Assembly (NCBI RefSeq): GCF_040938485.1
Contig: NW_027270917.1
Coordinates: 6,820,001 to 6,884,000, forward strand
Direction of reading: 5' to 3'
DNA: 64,000 bases
From: Diadema antillarum
Taxonomy: Eukaryota
The notes under the pieces are model-generated. The model did no database searches. It was not told the DNA's origin and saw nothing but the letters and a program-made list of their open reading frames with translations. Of the stretch, positions 48,541-61,628 are shown in pieces. The translations under genes were made by a program, and so were the position numbers. Each line of letters begins with the position of its first letter. Within the stretch, counting starts at the first letter, position 1.

Positions 48541-48900
48541 TTAAAGTTCCTGTTTACCTTTGGGAGCAGTGATTTAAAAAATGTTCGAGATATTACATTT
48601 GATGCATATGTATAGGTCAGTAGTATCACAAAACATTCTACCATACAAAATTTTTGCAATAAAGCCTAAAATATAATGAGCTATCACTTTTTCTCATTAA
48701 GCCATAACTGTAGATAGTTTAATCTGGAAAGATTTTTATTATAACTATTGTTCACATTTTGTGTAATTAACAATAATTAATATTGATTATACTGGTTCAA
48801 ATTTTTACATTGGTTGTTTCTATCCCTCACATTTAAGAACTATTTTGAAGCACTAATGCCGTTTGTTTTTTTATCTGCAAATGGTAAATTATGCCTTTAA
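48541..48900 (-). mobile_element. Family A copy 4
   Basis: TTAA at both ends; collinear with the other copies. Confidence 0.85.
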
Positions 48901-49353
48901 AGGGGCATTCCGGACGATTTTCATAATTTCACATCATGTAGTACATAAATCGACAGTTCCATGTATAGATTCGTGGAATTTATTGTGGTCCTTGAGCAGA
49001 GAAATCCATAAAATGAAAATCTTAAACAAATTACACTGAACAGTGTTGACAACATCAGAGCCTCACATATTTCGGAAATGTAGCAGTGTGATTCCATTAC
49101 AATATCGCTTGCTCAACAAGTTCACCTGTGAAGAATCAATGCATTCCTTCTTCTTTTGTTCTGCTTCCTTGAGCCCCAACTCATGCATTCTTATGGTGAG
49201 GCTGCCATGTCATCATGCAATTTGTTATAAATTTTGAAAACATTCTCATTCCTCATCCCAATCACTGTATATTCTGAAACTCTGTACTCAGTTTAACTAA
49301 TTTATAGTTGTTCAAATGTAAAAGTCTGAAAATCATCCGGAGGTCCCCTTTAA
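48897..49353. mobile_element. Family C Kolobok-like element (TTAA|AGGGG...CCCCT|TTAA) abutting family A copy 4
   Basis: 23-bp TIR AGGGGCATTCCGGACGATTTTCA versus AGGGGACCTCCGGATGATTTTCA (19/23); shares TTAA 48897-48900. Confidence 0.8.
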
Positions 49354-51355
49354 GGTGAACTTGATCTTTAAAGCTGTCGGTCCCGTGCTTCCTTAACGAC
49401 AGTGTAAAACAAATCGTTGCAATTCAGTTTTGTTGCTCTCTATTAAATCGGCTTTAGCATCATTTTTTGAACCGGTGCAGTATTGTTTTATACTAGGTTC
49501 CACATCCTCGGTGAGATTGGAAACCCTCACTGATGTCTCCTGGTTGAAGTCCACATACTGTACATTCTTCCCAGCTTTGTCAAATTCCAGAGTCCATGAA
49601 CACAAAACAAAACAAAAAACTCTGGGTGTGATGATCAGACGAGAGAATAAGCCCATATGGAGATTCATACAAACACTGTGTTTTGTTCTGTTTTACTTAA
49701 GTGTCTGCCCTCATTGTGTGTATGTATGCCTTTTGGATTTCATGCATCAGCTGTGGTCGCTCAGAGAGCACCTTTCCGGTTGAAGTCCGGAACGTGGAGC
49801 TCCCGTCTTTGGAAGAGCGTTTCAGTTCCCTCTGACACTATCATATAGCTAACCCCACAGGTGTCATAGTCCAATTTTTGACAGGAAAACCAAAAACCAC
49901 CGAAGGAATGAACCTATCAACTGACAGAATATTTGTTGTTGTGGAAGGGGGGGGGGGGGGGGGGGGGGGACAGTGTCGGAATGATGATACTCATCTGAAT
50001 TAGCATCACCAGAAATTACTGTTGTTTGCCTTATTCTCGGCATATCCAGGAATTGTTAAGGTGTCTAATTGTCACCCAACAGGCTGATTTCCCCCGGTGA
50101 AAGTCCAATGTGACTGCCAGAAGTCCATGTGGTGTACGTAGGGAGCACTGGAGCATTTGCAGTGTGCTTTTCATTGACGCCCCACATTCACAGGTCTATG
50201 CCTCTCATTAGGCCCAATATGAATCTGCTTTGCGGGGGGAAAATAGTGAATTACTGAAAAGAAACCACATGGAAGATGGCCCTATAACTTCATAAGCCAG
50301 TTTGCAGTTCCACTTTGAGCTTGAGCAGGAAAAAAGGGTCATTCATACCAACAGGCATGTTAGTTTTTTAAATTCACTGGGATGAGCATCTGTGATGTAT
50401 AATGATTATTGATGTAATCATTATAAATGCTGCTTGCCAGGACATCCACCTGACTGCAAAAGTGTTACTTGGCAATATCAATAGAAAAAGATTGTTAATA
50501 CATTCATTGCAAAATAATGAAATGCATACTTTCCCAAGTGTTAATGAACAGATCATTCTAGTCGTCTGGTCTATACAAGTTCATTCTTTGTTTGAACAGG
50601 ATTGATGAATCCCATAAATTGTTACGTAAAGCTTGTGCATTGTGTCGTTTGGAAAATGAGTGAAGTGCCCCTAACCAACTGAGAAAAAAGAAAGTTCATT
50701 CAGACCAATGTGCCCATGAGCCAAATCCGAGCTGGCTTATTCTGCGCCTCCCTCCAAATGCAAATATAACTGGCTTTTCCTTTTCATTTTTGTCATTTTT
50801 GCATACCAGATTTGCAAAGATTCTGAATGCTGTAAACTATTGTCAATGACACGTATAATGGTGCTAACATTTCTGACTGCCTGTGAGAAATCAAAGTTAA
50901 AGTGTAAATCAATTTTAAGGGTCCTGTTTACTACATTATGTCATAATGGCCATCTAAAGAGCATCCCTAACTATGTTAGATGCTTTGGGCAATGTACACT
51001 TTGAGGGTTCTTTTTTCAATGTTTGTCACTTGTGTTTTCAAGTCATAGAATGGATGGAGTGGCAAGTGTATATCTCATTTTGATCATGGGGACGTGCAGA
51101 AATGAAGCAAAATGACCACGACTGATGGTTTTTTTCATTCGAAGCAAATCACACAAATACGGGTTGGTGACATTTGAAATGATATGTGCAATTAATCAGT
51201 TGTACCCAAAAAATTATCACCTAGTGAGGGATCATCATAATTTTGTTAATGTATTTTGAGGGGGAACCACTTGTGCACAGGAACATGTGTATTCTAATGT
51301 TCTCTGAAACACTGTCATTTTGTACAAATGTCACAAATTTTTCCTCTTTGGTTTC

Positions 51356-51920
51356 TTAAAGGACAAGTTCACCTTCATAAACATAAGGATTGAGAGAATG
51401 CAGCAATATTAGTAGAACACATCAGTGAAAGTTTGAGGAAAATTGGACAATCGATGCAAAAGTTATGAATTTTTAAAATTTTTGTGTTGGAACTGCTGGA
51501 CGAGGAGACTACTACAGCTTGTGATGTCATATGAGTACAACAGTATAAAAAAAATGTAAAGAAAATTCAACAAATTTTCATTTTTTTCACATAACAAAAG
51601 AGCATTTGACTTGCCTCTTTCTAAAGGCAGGGGGAATAATATTACCCATAACGTACAGTAACGAGTCAAGGGAATGTGTACTTTTTTCAAAAGATGAAAT
51701 TTTGTGAAATTCTCTTTATATTTTCCTTATATTGTTGTACGCATGTGACATCGTACACTGCAGTAGTCTTCTCATCCAGCGGTTACTGCACAAAAACTTC
51801 AAAAAATCATAACTTTTGAACGGATTGTCCGATTTTCCTCAAACTTTCACTGATGTGTTCTAGTAATATTGCTACATTTTCTCAATCCTTATGTTTATGA
51901 AAGGTGAACTTGTCCTTTAA
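51356..51920 (+). mobile_element. Family D complete, uninterrupted copy
   Basis: TTAA|AGGACAAGTTCACCTTCAT...GAAAGGTGAACTTGTCCT|TTAA with long inverted arms. Confidence 0.88.
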
Positions 51921-52232
51921 AAGTATACTGGAGCCTGAAGAATATGAATTACCTTTAGAATGTCAGTTTGCTATTTTGGCAATATTTTTCATCATTGTTG
52001 ATCTATATTGTTTGCCCATTGATACAGATTTTGTTGTTGTTGTTAATAAGTTATCATGTGTGTATGATACCTGCGCAGTATGCACAAGCAAGAGCAATGT
52101 CTGAAGTAGAATGGGATATTTTCAACCTCTGCCACTGTGACCTACTTGTAGATCCATGCAAAACGTCATTAAAAATAGAACTCTAGTGTGAACTCTTACT
52201 TGCATTGTCTGCTTCCATCAAATTTTGTGCAG

Positions 52233-52621
52233 TTAAAGGGATAGTACAGTATTGGTGGAGATGAGAATTGGGCTTTTAACTTTTTGCGAGATACCTAGAA
52301 AACACTTTTGAAATAGTACAGAGCACACCATTTTAAGAGGAATTCACAGTTTATTTGATGAAAATCGGGTTTGGAATTACTGAAACATCCAAAAACAAAG
52401 TAAAACAAAACAATCATAATAAAGTATGGGTCCCACACTTATTAGAATCGCTCTGTTTTGGATATCTCATCCATTTCAAAACCAATTTTCATCAAATAAA
52501 CGTTGAATTCCTCATGGAATTACATGCTCTTTCATATTTCATAAGAGGTTTCTCATTATTTCATCAAAAAATGTTAGAAACCTGAAATAAGGTCTCAACC
52601 AAAACTATACGATCCCTTTAA
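52233..52621. mobile_element. Family B copy 2
   Basis: TTAA|AGGGAT...ATCCCT|TTAA; internally homologous to 25309-25700. Confidence 0.85.
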
Positions 52622-53055
52622 CATGATTTTTTTTTTTGCCCATTAACTTCCCTGAAGACTTTTTTTTTTTACATTATGCATTGTATTTTTTCCATCCGTA
52701 CGTCTTGATTGATTATGTTGGGAATTTGTCCTTACTTAGTTTAGTCATCTGACTTACTGAGGATTTATAAACAAGCCCGACCTTTAAAGATTTAAGTAGT
52801 CATAACATTGAACATGAGGACATTTGTAAAGAAAGCACTCATCACTTCTGAAGTAGGCCTTGGAGCAGGACGGGGCAAAATAGCGTGTGTTTTACTTTTT
52901 GCGTATTATTGAGAGCACAGTTTCTGAAAATCATGTGAGGAAATCATTCAGCTGCAGCCTCTTAATCGCAGGCTTCAGAAGTTTCTATTGCATTTCTCTT
53001 TTAGTCTTAGTTTTAGAGCTGCCTGTGTTTGTCAGTGTATAAAGTATATCTGACA

Positions 53056-53258
53056 TACTGTAAAGCAAGGATTGGTCACATTCATTGTGATTTTACGAGA
53101 GCCAAGATTCGCGAAATTAAAATGCATGTGAAAGTTCTTGTCTGCACAATATGCATTGAATGCCAGTGACAATTTTGCGAAAATTTCTTGCCAGGAAAAG
53201 GGCTGTTGACTCCAGTTCACGAAAATTTCATGCCGCGTTAATATCTTGATTTACAGGA
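53056..53258. mobile_element. Family H MITE copy
   Basis: TA|CTGTAAA...TTTACAG; shares GCATTGAATGCCAGTGACAATT-type core with 7445-7610. Confidence 0.6.
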
Positions 53259-54993
53259 TGTAAAATTGTGTACCTGTTACCACCTGTGATAATATTGCAT
53301 TGTAGGTTTAACACCCCTCAGTCTATAGGATTGTTTTTCATTTATTACTTACATCAATTTCATGTGTTGGTTGTATATGGAGGCAAATTAGGGTTGAAAG
53401 GAGCAAAAGCTGTAATATCATATGAAACAAGTTGAAAGATGTAGGCTTCGTCCTTGCGGTTTTACTCTTTGTAATGTAAATCTTCTCGCAGTCAAAGGAT
53501 GTATGAAAAAAAAAAAATGCCCCCATAGAAATAGTATGGTATTCTCCGAGGAAGGATTCTAGTATATGAGTCTTTTTTTTCCCCCTTCTGTTGAACTGGA
53601 GAGATTGATGTATAGCTGAATGCATTCGAGTCATGTTTATTCAGTCTGTCATGCTCTGTTTGGTTGTGCATTGATTCTCAGTCCCACATCTATGTATAAC
53701 CTCCTCATCGCTTGCTTTACTGTCAGAGGCAGTAGAGTAGAACCATAAGTGTGGAACAGGTTTTGATGAGTCTATCATAATATCATCAGCAAAAGGCCCC
53801 TCAAAAAATATATACATACGTGTATGTATTACAATATAACAAAATATATTAAAATATTATATTAGTAAGTATTACTATATATGTAGATCTTTGATCTTTA
53901 GGAGGACTGAGAAAGACGTATTGTACCTGAAGTTTTAATAGCATACATGTATGATGTCATTTTATAACATTTGGCCATAAAGACAGATGTCTCTGGTATT
54001 ATTTTTTGTAGAAGCCTTCCTGGTTTAATCTGGAATCCAAACAATAGTGGACTGCCACTATTTCATTTTTTGTATGAGATTTGTGGTGCATTATAGTGTA
54101 ATATATGATATTTGATCCGTTCTCACTTAAACTTGATTTGCTGCCGGAAATATTGATAACCTCAGAGGCTTTTTTTTTTTTTAGAATTGTAAATGGACAG
54201 CCATTTCATCTTACAGCAGTTTCTGTAGAGAAACTGTTTCCACAAAGTGTGACTTCAAAATTTCCCTTTACTCTTTAATGTCTTGTCATTTCGTAATGAA
54301 TAGGTTATTGTTCTATTGTGACATTACCAACATGTCTTCATGGTTTCAAAAGAAAGCGTTATCATGTGCTTTACTTAATATGTTGTGATAGTCGTTCCTC
54401 TTTCAAATTAAGTGTCAATATATCTTATAGGGAAAACTCTTTACTAGATTGCAAGTTCTATAAAAAAATAATTGTAGAAATAACTAGGAGATCCAAAGGA
54501 AGTGGCCTGCATTTAAAAAAAAAAAAAAATCCCTTCATAAAGACACTGAATGGAGTCGTATTGTACTGACACATGTTTGTGTGTGTAGATGTGCTTCCAT
54601 GTGGAACTCTACACATGCAACTTGCTGTATTGCTTTCACATACTAGTCTTGGTCCCAGACTTTTTCTTGAGTTGCTACAGTATCTTGCGAGAAAGATTCA
54701 ATGGGAGTGCTTACAAAAATCCACGTTCATGCACACACGCATACTACCTCTCTTTTCTCTCTGAAATAAAGTCCCAAATTCTGTCTAGATGCAGCTCAGC
54801 AAGACATGAGAGATGTTCACAAGGTAGTTTGATTATCAATACAGTGAGAAAGCAGCATTGTAATGTGGATTTCGAAAAAAAAGAAAGAAAAGTAGAATGT
54901 CCAGGCTCCAAGTCCAAGCTAATATTTCCAGTGCTTCAATTTTTGTACCTTGTGCTTCCCAAATTCAGAGTTTAGATGTACATAGTCGTGTAT

Positions 54994-55249
54994 CAGGGCT
55001 CAACATTAGGGGTGGCTAGGGAGCTCGGTGGCTTGGTGGCCCAGGGCCACTTATATCGACGTTGGGCCACCAAACTTTCAAAAAGCATATCTTTTGGTGG
55101 CCTGGTCTGGTAACTGAGATTCAAAAATAGATTACTATGTTTCCTTTTGGATTGCCACAACACTTCTTTTTTGAGAGTCCAACATTTCAGATTCAGTGAT
55201 TTTAGTGGCCAGAATGGGCCACTAGAGAAAATAAAGATATCGAGTCCTG
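54994..55249. mobile_element. MITE with CAGGGCTC...GAGTCCTG termini; a related terminus at 29820-29877
   Basis: Imperfect TIR and GGTGGCCC/GGGCCACC subterminal motifs. No 8-bp TSD is seen (TAT on both sides), so the superfamily is unresolved. Confidence 0.6.
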
Positions 55250-58200
55250 TATTTATGCTCTATGACATTATTGTCATTCACAGTAACAGCGCTACTACAC
55301 ACAACGTTATGGCCATGTTTGTCTAACTAAAGGAGGTATAGCAGCATAAAACATATATGCATAAGTGATATGATTTTACAAGAAATCTATGTTTTATCTG
55401 TAATATTGCTGGGTAAATCATTTATCTCATGATATAATGTTAATTTTGACAAATAAGAAAACGTCTTTGTCAATGTAGATTTGCAGAGGGGGGGGGGGAG
55501 GGGAAATGAAAGTTGAAATTTTGAAAAGTTGACATGCTCATTGAGCTTGGAATAAATTAAAACAAATTTTAATCACTTCCCTCCCCCTTCTCCATGGCAA
55601 CAGTGAGTGTCCCCAGCCTCGCAGGAGATGCCCGGTATTGGTTTGCGACCATGACGTGGAGTAAAGATGAAAAGGCGGGAAATAGAAGTATGATTGATGA
55701 ATGGCTTTTATGTGAAGAAGAGGGGCGTAGGCAGTGTTTACTCAGCGTCTGTTTGACCCGATATTATGCCTTCAGCTACGAAATCTTAACCCTTTTTTCA
55801 CCAAGCAATGTTGACTATTCAAGTCACTGGATGTACAGTGAACCGGAAGATAGTGTAAAGTAGTACAATTGTGATTATGTATCATAGCAATCATGTGGTA
55901 GCTATGTAGAGATTTTGTATTTGTGAAGCAAACCCTCATCACTTTCAGTTTCAGTTTCTTTATTTCACCAAAGCAAGAAACATTTTTACATAGTGGTGTA
56001 ATAAGCATTCATGAACACATACAATTGCAAACATATCAGGCAAACAGGAAAAAACAGACCATTATTTCCTTTGCAAAGTCAGATAACTGCAAGATGAATG
56101 CTTTAAAGGTTAAGGAAGCCCATTTGTTCACCCGGCTCTAATTGCAGCATCTAACCCTGTGAATACCATTCAGCAACCGGTCTGCATGTAATGTGAATGG
56201 TGCTATGAGGTAGTGGGTGTGAGAGGGGTAATGAGGCATGAGCCAATTAAAGCTGTGTTGGCAACAGGTGACTCAGCAGCCCCCATATTGCCATGATTGA
56301 CTTTAAGCACACATTGTAAAATGTACATTACAACCCAGGAAAAGGGAGGGGGAGGGGAGGTGGAGAGGAGAAGTGATGCAGTGACTTTAAGGCGGAAGGA
56401 GGTCAGTGAACCTTAAATAACTATCATGTAAAAATACTGATAAATACTCCATAAAATGATATACAGTGTACTTCTCTGGTATCACAGCTATTCCTGTGCC
56501 ATCCCTAGATTTTACATTCTAATGCAGTACGTGCAGTATCTCTGTTTGTGTGATTCCTCCTTTGCAAGTCTGTCAGTTCGATTTCCTATGAGGAAAGCTT
56601 GTCGGTGCACATAGCTGCACGATGTGAATAATGAAGAATATATGTCATGTCATGTCACGTCATGTGATTAATTTGTATGCTCAGAGCCCCTATCTCTACC
56701 AAGGGCCTGTAGCGCTGCCAATTCTTCAAGGGGACGAAACGAAAGCGGCATGCTGGCAGGAGATGATATGAGTTCATGCTAATGCCAGCTAATTGCCCTG
56801 ATAAATTGTGGGGGAATATTCAATCATTTACAGAAGCACAAACAGATTTTCAGACATGTCTCCGGGCATCATTTCTAGTTTCCCCTGGCGTTATTATAAC
56901 GTGCTGTGGTAGTTAAGCACCGGGCGTAGATTACCTAGCAGTGCATGATCTTCAAGCTAAGGCAGAACTATACCTGCCTGGAATGTTCTTTGTGAAAAAA
57001 CACTCTTACCTGTAAAAAAAGAAAAAGAAAAAAGAAAAAGGAAGAGCACTTTTGGGAGAAAAGTTATGGACATCTTTAAGAACATATCAAGCACCAGAAA
57101 TATCCCCCGTAGTAACATTAGGAACATCTGAATTTGTGTCTTGTGTTTTCTGCTAGTCAACTTTTAATAGATTTTCATTATTCATTTCATAATATGGTTA
57201 ATTTATACATAATATTCTGTGACTTTTTTTAATGTGATACTTTTGGCCAATTTATTTTCTACCATGACATACTAATATTTGTTCCATACATACCAGGTAC
57301 TAGAGGCTGTTGACATCTTATTTAGCAGATGACAGTGGACTCACTGCATGTCATCAACTATTGAATATGTAGAATATAGTGCACTGCTTGTTGGGCGATA
57401 TATGTGCCCTGTCATGTGTTGGCTCTCAGCCAATCATATGGCTGTTAAGATCCGTGTCTTCATATTGTCAGATTGCACTAATATAATGTAATGCAAGTAC
57501 AAAAGCGGTCTTCACCATCATCTGCACTTGTATTGACTGGAAGAGGCACACATTCTTTCACGGTGTGCCACAAAACGTGTTTGTCAGTGGATTTGAGCAG
57601 TGGTGCCCGTTCCACAAAAAGATATTTTCCTCATGATCCTCGGACGGGTTGTGCATGTGTCATTCGTGGATTACACTTGCGCACAATACATGACGAGATT
57701 GAATGAGGGTTGATGGAGCAAAACATGCGAGGGGAAGATTGAAAAGACAATTGCATCATGGGTAATTTAGGTGGGTAGGATGTTTCAGAGGGAATTACAC
57801 AAAAGAGGAATTCTTGTCAATATTTTGCTGCTTGCACAATGTGTAAAGTGATACCACTTTCAGATGCAGTTTTACTCTATGTTCAAGTCTCCAAATGACA
57901 CAGTGCAAATCTTCACAAAACTTATCATTTGTGTCAATTTTTTTTTTTTCAACCTAATCCAGTTCTTAGTGTAAAACTTCTCCTCAGGAAGGTCATGCAT
58001 ACAGCAAGTCATTACAAGAATGTATAAATGGTAATTGTAGCAAGAGTTCATCTGTTTTACCTGCCAAAAGTTGAGTTCCCCATAGGACAGGCAGGGAAGT
58101 GAGTTTGAAGCACCCTGCCAGGACGATCTCACCCCCACTGTTGTCAGGGGCAAACTTTTCTTTCTTTCTTTCTTTTTTTTTAAAAATCTGTGGGAGTCTC

Positions 58201-61200
58201 TTGGGAATACCAGGTAATGAGGATTACATGTAGGTGTTACCTGGGATGCCAGGGTTTAGCGGTTTCAGTGGTTGCTTGATGTACATAGGAAGGTCAAGGG
58301 TTCAAACCTACATATGAAACTGATGTTATTCCCTCCCCCCCCCCCCCCCCCCCCCCCCAATACATCTTGATTGATTGCTCGTGAGAACAGATGTGGCTTT
58401 AGGTACTGTAGATTTGTAAGCTCATGGCCCTCCAGTAGGGAGAATGTTCAGTATAGGTCCACTGCTGCCCCAGGAAGAATATCAGAGGACAAGATACCCA
58501 TTTTGACCTAATGTGACCCCAAAGGCTTTAATAGAGAGCAAATGGTATGAAATGGGTGCTGAGTGCCAAGACAAGAGCACCGATGTATACAAATTTAGAT
58601 GAGCTGGAAGCGATACTTGACTGCCCTTTAGTAAGATTGGCGCTCTTGAAGTAAAAATTAATCTAAGAGTATTACAGCTGGTGAGGATCTGTTACACACT
58701 TGTAATATCTCATTAGCTTGGAACAAGCCAAAATGAAAGTTAAGCTGTTTCCTTTAGCAAACAGGAAAATGGTGGCCATTGTTTTGGGGGTGATCAGGTT
58801 GATAGCGGATGGGGAAACGAAAGCTAGAGCGCTTGGCATGGGCTGATTGCTGCAAGATTTATGTTTCACAGGCTCGTCTTTATGTCAGGTTAATATCGAT
58901 TAAAGGAACAATGGCAATCCTCTGGTTTGAGGAGGTGGTGGGAGGTGTTTTTGTGTAACACAAGACAGCCAGCAGTCAGTCAGAGAAGCTTAGAATATTT
59001 TATGAGTCAGTGCATTAAAAGAAAATGGTTATTTCAGTCCCAGTGATAAAGAAGAATCTTGAAAGCACACTATGCTTACAGCTGTTTTATGCCCAGAGAG
59101 GCTGAAATATCCTGCAATTTATCTCATTCCCATCATGTGACTTCCTCCATACAATGTTCTCATTTTATATGAAACTATGGTAGGTTGTAAACAGGATTGT
59201 GATGAGAGTTATCCTTTTCTTTAAAGGATCCCTTTAGTCTTTTTGCCAAATTAGCATTTTTGGTTTGGCAACAAAATGTTTTCCCATACCTTTTTTTTTT
59301 TGTTGCACATAGCCCCAGTTTATGTTATTATTTGCAACATTTTTGATAAGTATCTCATAATTTTTAACAAATGTTTTGTACGCATCACAAACTGTGGAGA
59401 GTAGTGTCTTTTCTCTACCAGTGTCTAGCAGATTTCGTACATAAGTTGCCAATCATTAGACCTACATTTATCAAAATTTACACTCAATGTTTATTTAATG
59501 CTTTCTTTTCAAAATCGGATGTGATTAGAATTTAATCCAGTTGTATTTGTTGGTCATTCAGCTTTAAATGATTACTGTCAATCTTTTATCAGCTGTTAAC
59601 TTTTCTCACTACTGCTGTGAAAGATGTCAACCATTCCTATGGAGAAAACAGCAACAAACAAACAAACAAAACTGAATTAATGTGACGTAATCAGGACTTA
59701 CGAACTTTGACCCTGCATTCATGCAATGTTTTTAAATGTTTCATTTCATTGTCCTTGCTTTCTATGTATGTGGTTCCTGACAGTATAAACTTGTTTCATA
59801 ACATAAAATGCATTCAAGTTATTTTTTAACAGTTTTTATTAAATATTTGCAATGCACCACTTTTCAAATGTGAGTTGAAAAAAAAAAACACTGAACATCA
59901 TGCATCATATATTCAGATGTTCATGTGTATGTGGAGAAACACACCAAATATAATTTATTATTGAAATGCCCCAACACAATCTTGACAAACTGGTTACTAA
60001 AGCATTTACCCAGTTATGATAAAAAAAATATTGTTTAATTTTCCCCCAACATACAGTATGTAATTTTGACATTATTAAGCTTTTGCTCTACAAAAGTTGA
60101 GAGGGGCTAGGATTTCGTGTGTGAAATAGCTCATGATAAACTTTGATGGCGATATTTGCCGCTGAACTGCAATGCTTGTGGAAGCATAAATTGTAGCATT
60201 TGCAAAACTTTTGTGCTATGAAATACCAATGACTCATCAATTATCACAACCACTGAATTTACAAAACTCTATTCACACCTCAGGAAGTCCAGTACCTTAA
60301 TGGTACTTTAATTGGACGCACGAGAATTCATAACCCAGCTTTGATAGAAATGAAGCAAGTCCGGTATAGCCATCGAAGCCATCCCGATCATATCTCTGGC
60401 ATGTCATTACTAGGTCCTCAATGCTTGCATTGAAACTACTGGGACTGATTGCACGAGATGTATAGAATACCTTGAATCCAAGTAGGTCACCATTTGCGTG
60501 ATTTGTCACCCTGCAATATTTTTCCTCTTTCTCTTCCCTCACTTGATATTTTTGTTCCGCTAAGTTTAGGAAAAAAAAAAAATGATATTCTGATACGACT
60601 GTTATTACTGCAAGTATGATGTCTATTGTTCGCGAACGTCGAATGAATGACTGCGTACGATGTTTGTCCGTATACGAAGCTCTCCCGGTTTCTTTTACCT
60701 CAGAGTTTCCTCCCGGTTGCAGAATTTCCCCGTACTTTCATGGAGCCTTGGCCCCGAATGAATATGTGGCAATGCAGCCCTATCTGGTATAAAGGCAAAA
60801 GAAAAGACTGTCTGGCTCCCATAGCTGTCTCATGCACGTATGGGTAACACTGGTGATGACAATGACGATCCTGCAGCCTTCGGGCATTTGGTTCACATGA
60901 GGGTACAATGGAGGGATCTTGTCGGGATGTATACGGCAGACAAGCCGCAAGTCTTCCCCTGCGGTTTCTGAGGTCGCAGCGCCATCAGAAAGTCTTCACA
61001 GAGAGGCCATTTTTGTATGTGTCTGTGTGTATGTGCGAATGTTTGTTTGTTTGTTGTTGTTGTTTTTTCCTCAGAGGGCAGGGCTAATAATAAGGGTAGC
61101 ATGCAAAAAAAAAAGCAAATAAACTTTAATAAGATCTTAACGAATGACCAAAGTAGATTTATCTTCCTATTCCAATCATCTTTTGTTTAGAATGATGAAT

Positions 61201-61597
61201 AATCAAATACGTCATTGAAATCCTCTGAATCTGCAGCAAAAGGAGGTAAAGTGCTACCTAAAAAAAAAAAAAATGTTGTGTACTTTACCACAGACTACCT
61301 GTGATGAAATATATACACACACACCTTGAACATACGCATATTTATGTGTGGCTGGCGATATGACTACCATCCATTTCTACCAATCATATTTCATATTAAT
61401 TTGATTTTTTTTGGTAAAAATTCTTTACTCTTTTTTTTTAGTGTGAAATAGTCATGTATGAAAAGGAAATCCATATATGTTAATAATTTTTGTAAGAATT
61501 TTCCATTGCTTAGTTTTTTTGAGGTTCTGAAAGTACTCTGAATTTATCTCCACAAAGTCGACCTAATTTTCTTGAATGCCCCCCCCCCCCCCCCCAT

Positions 61598-61628
<31 letters not shown>

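Noticed and set aside
60297-60542. 81-aa minus-strand ORF containing YDRDGFDGYTG
   Set aside because: No recognisable family, splice signals or continuation; the length is within background.
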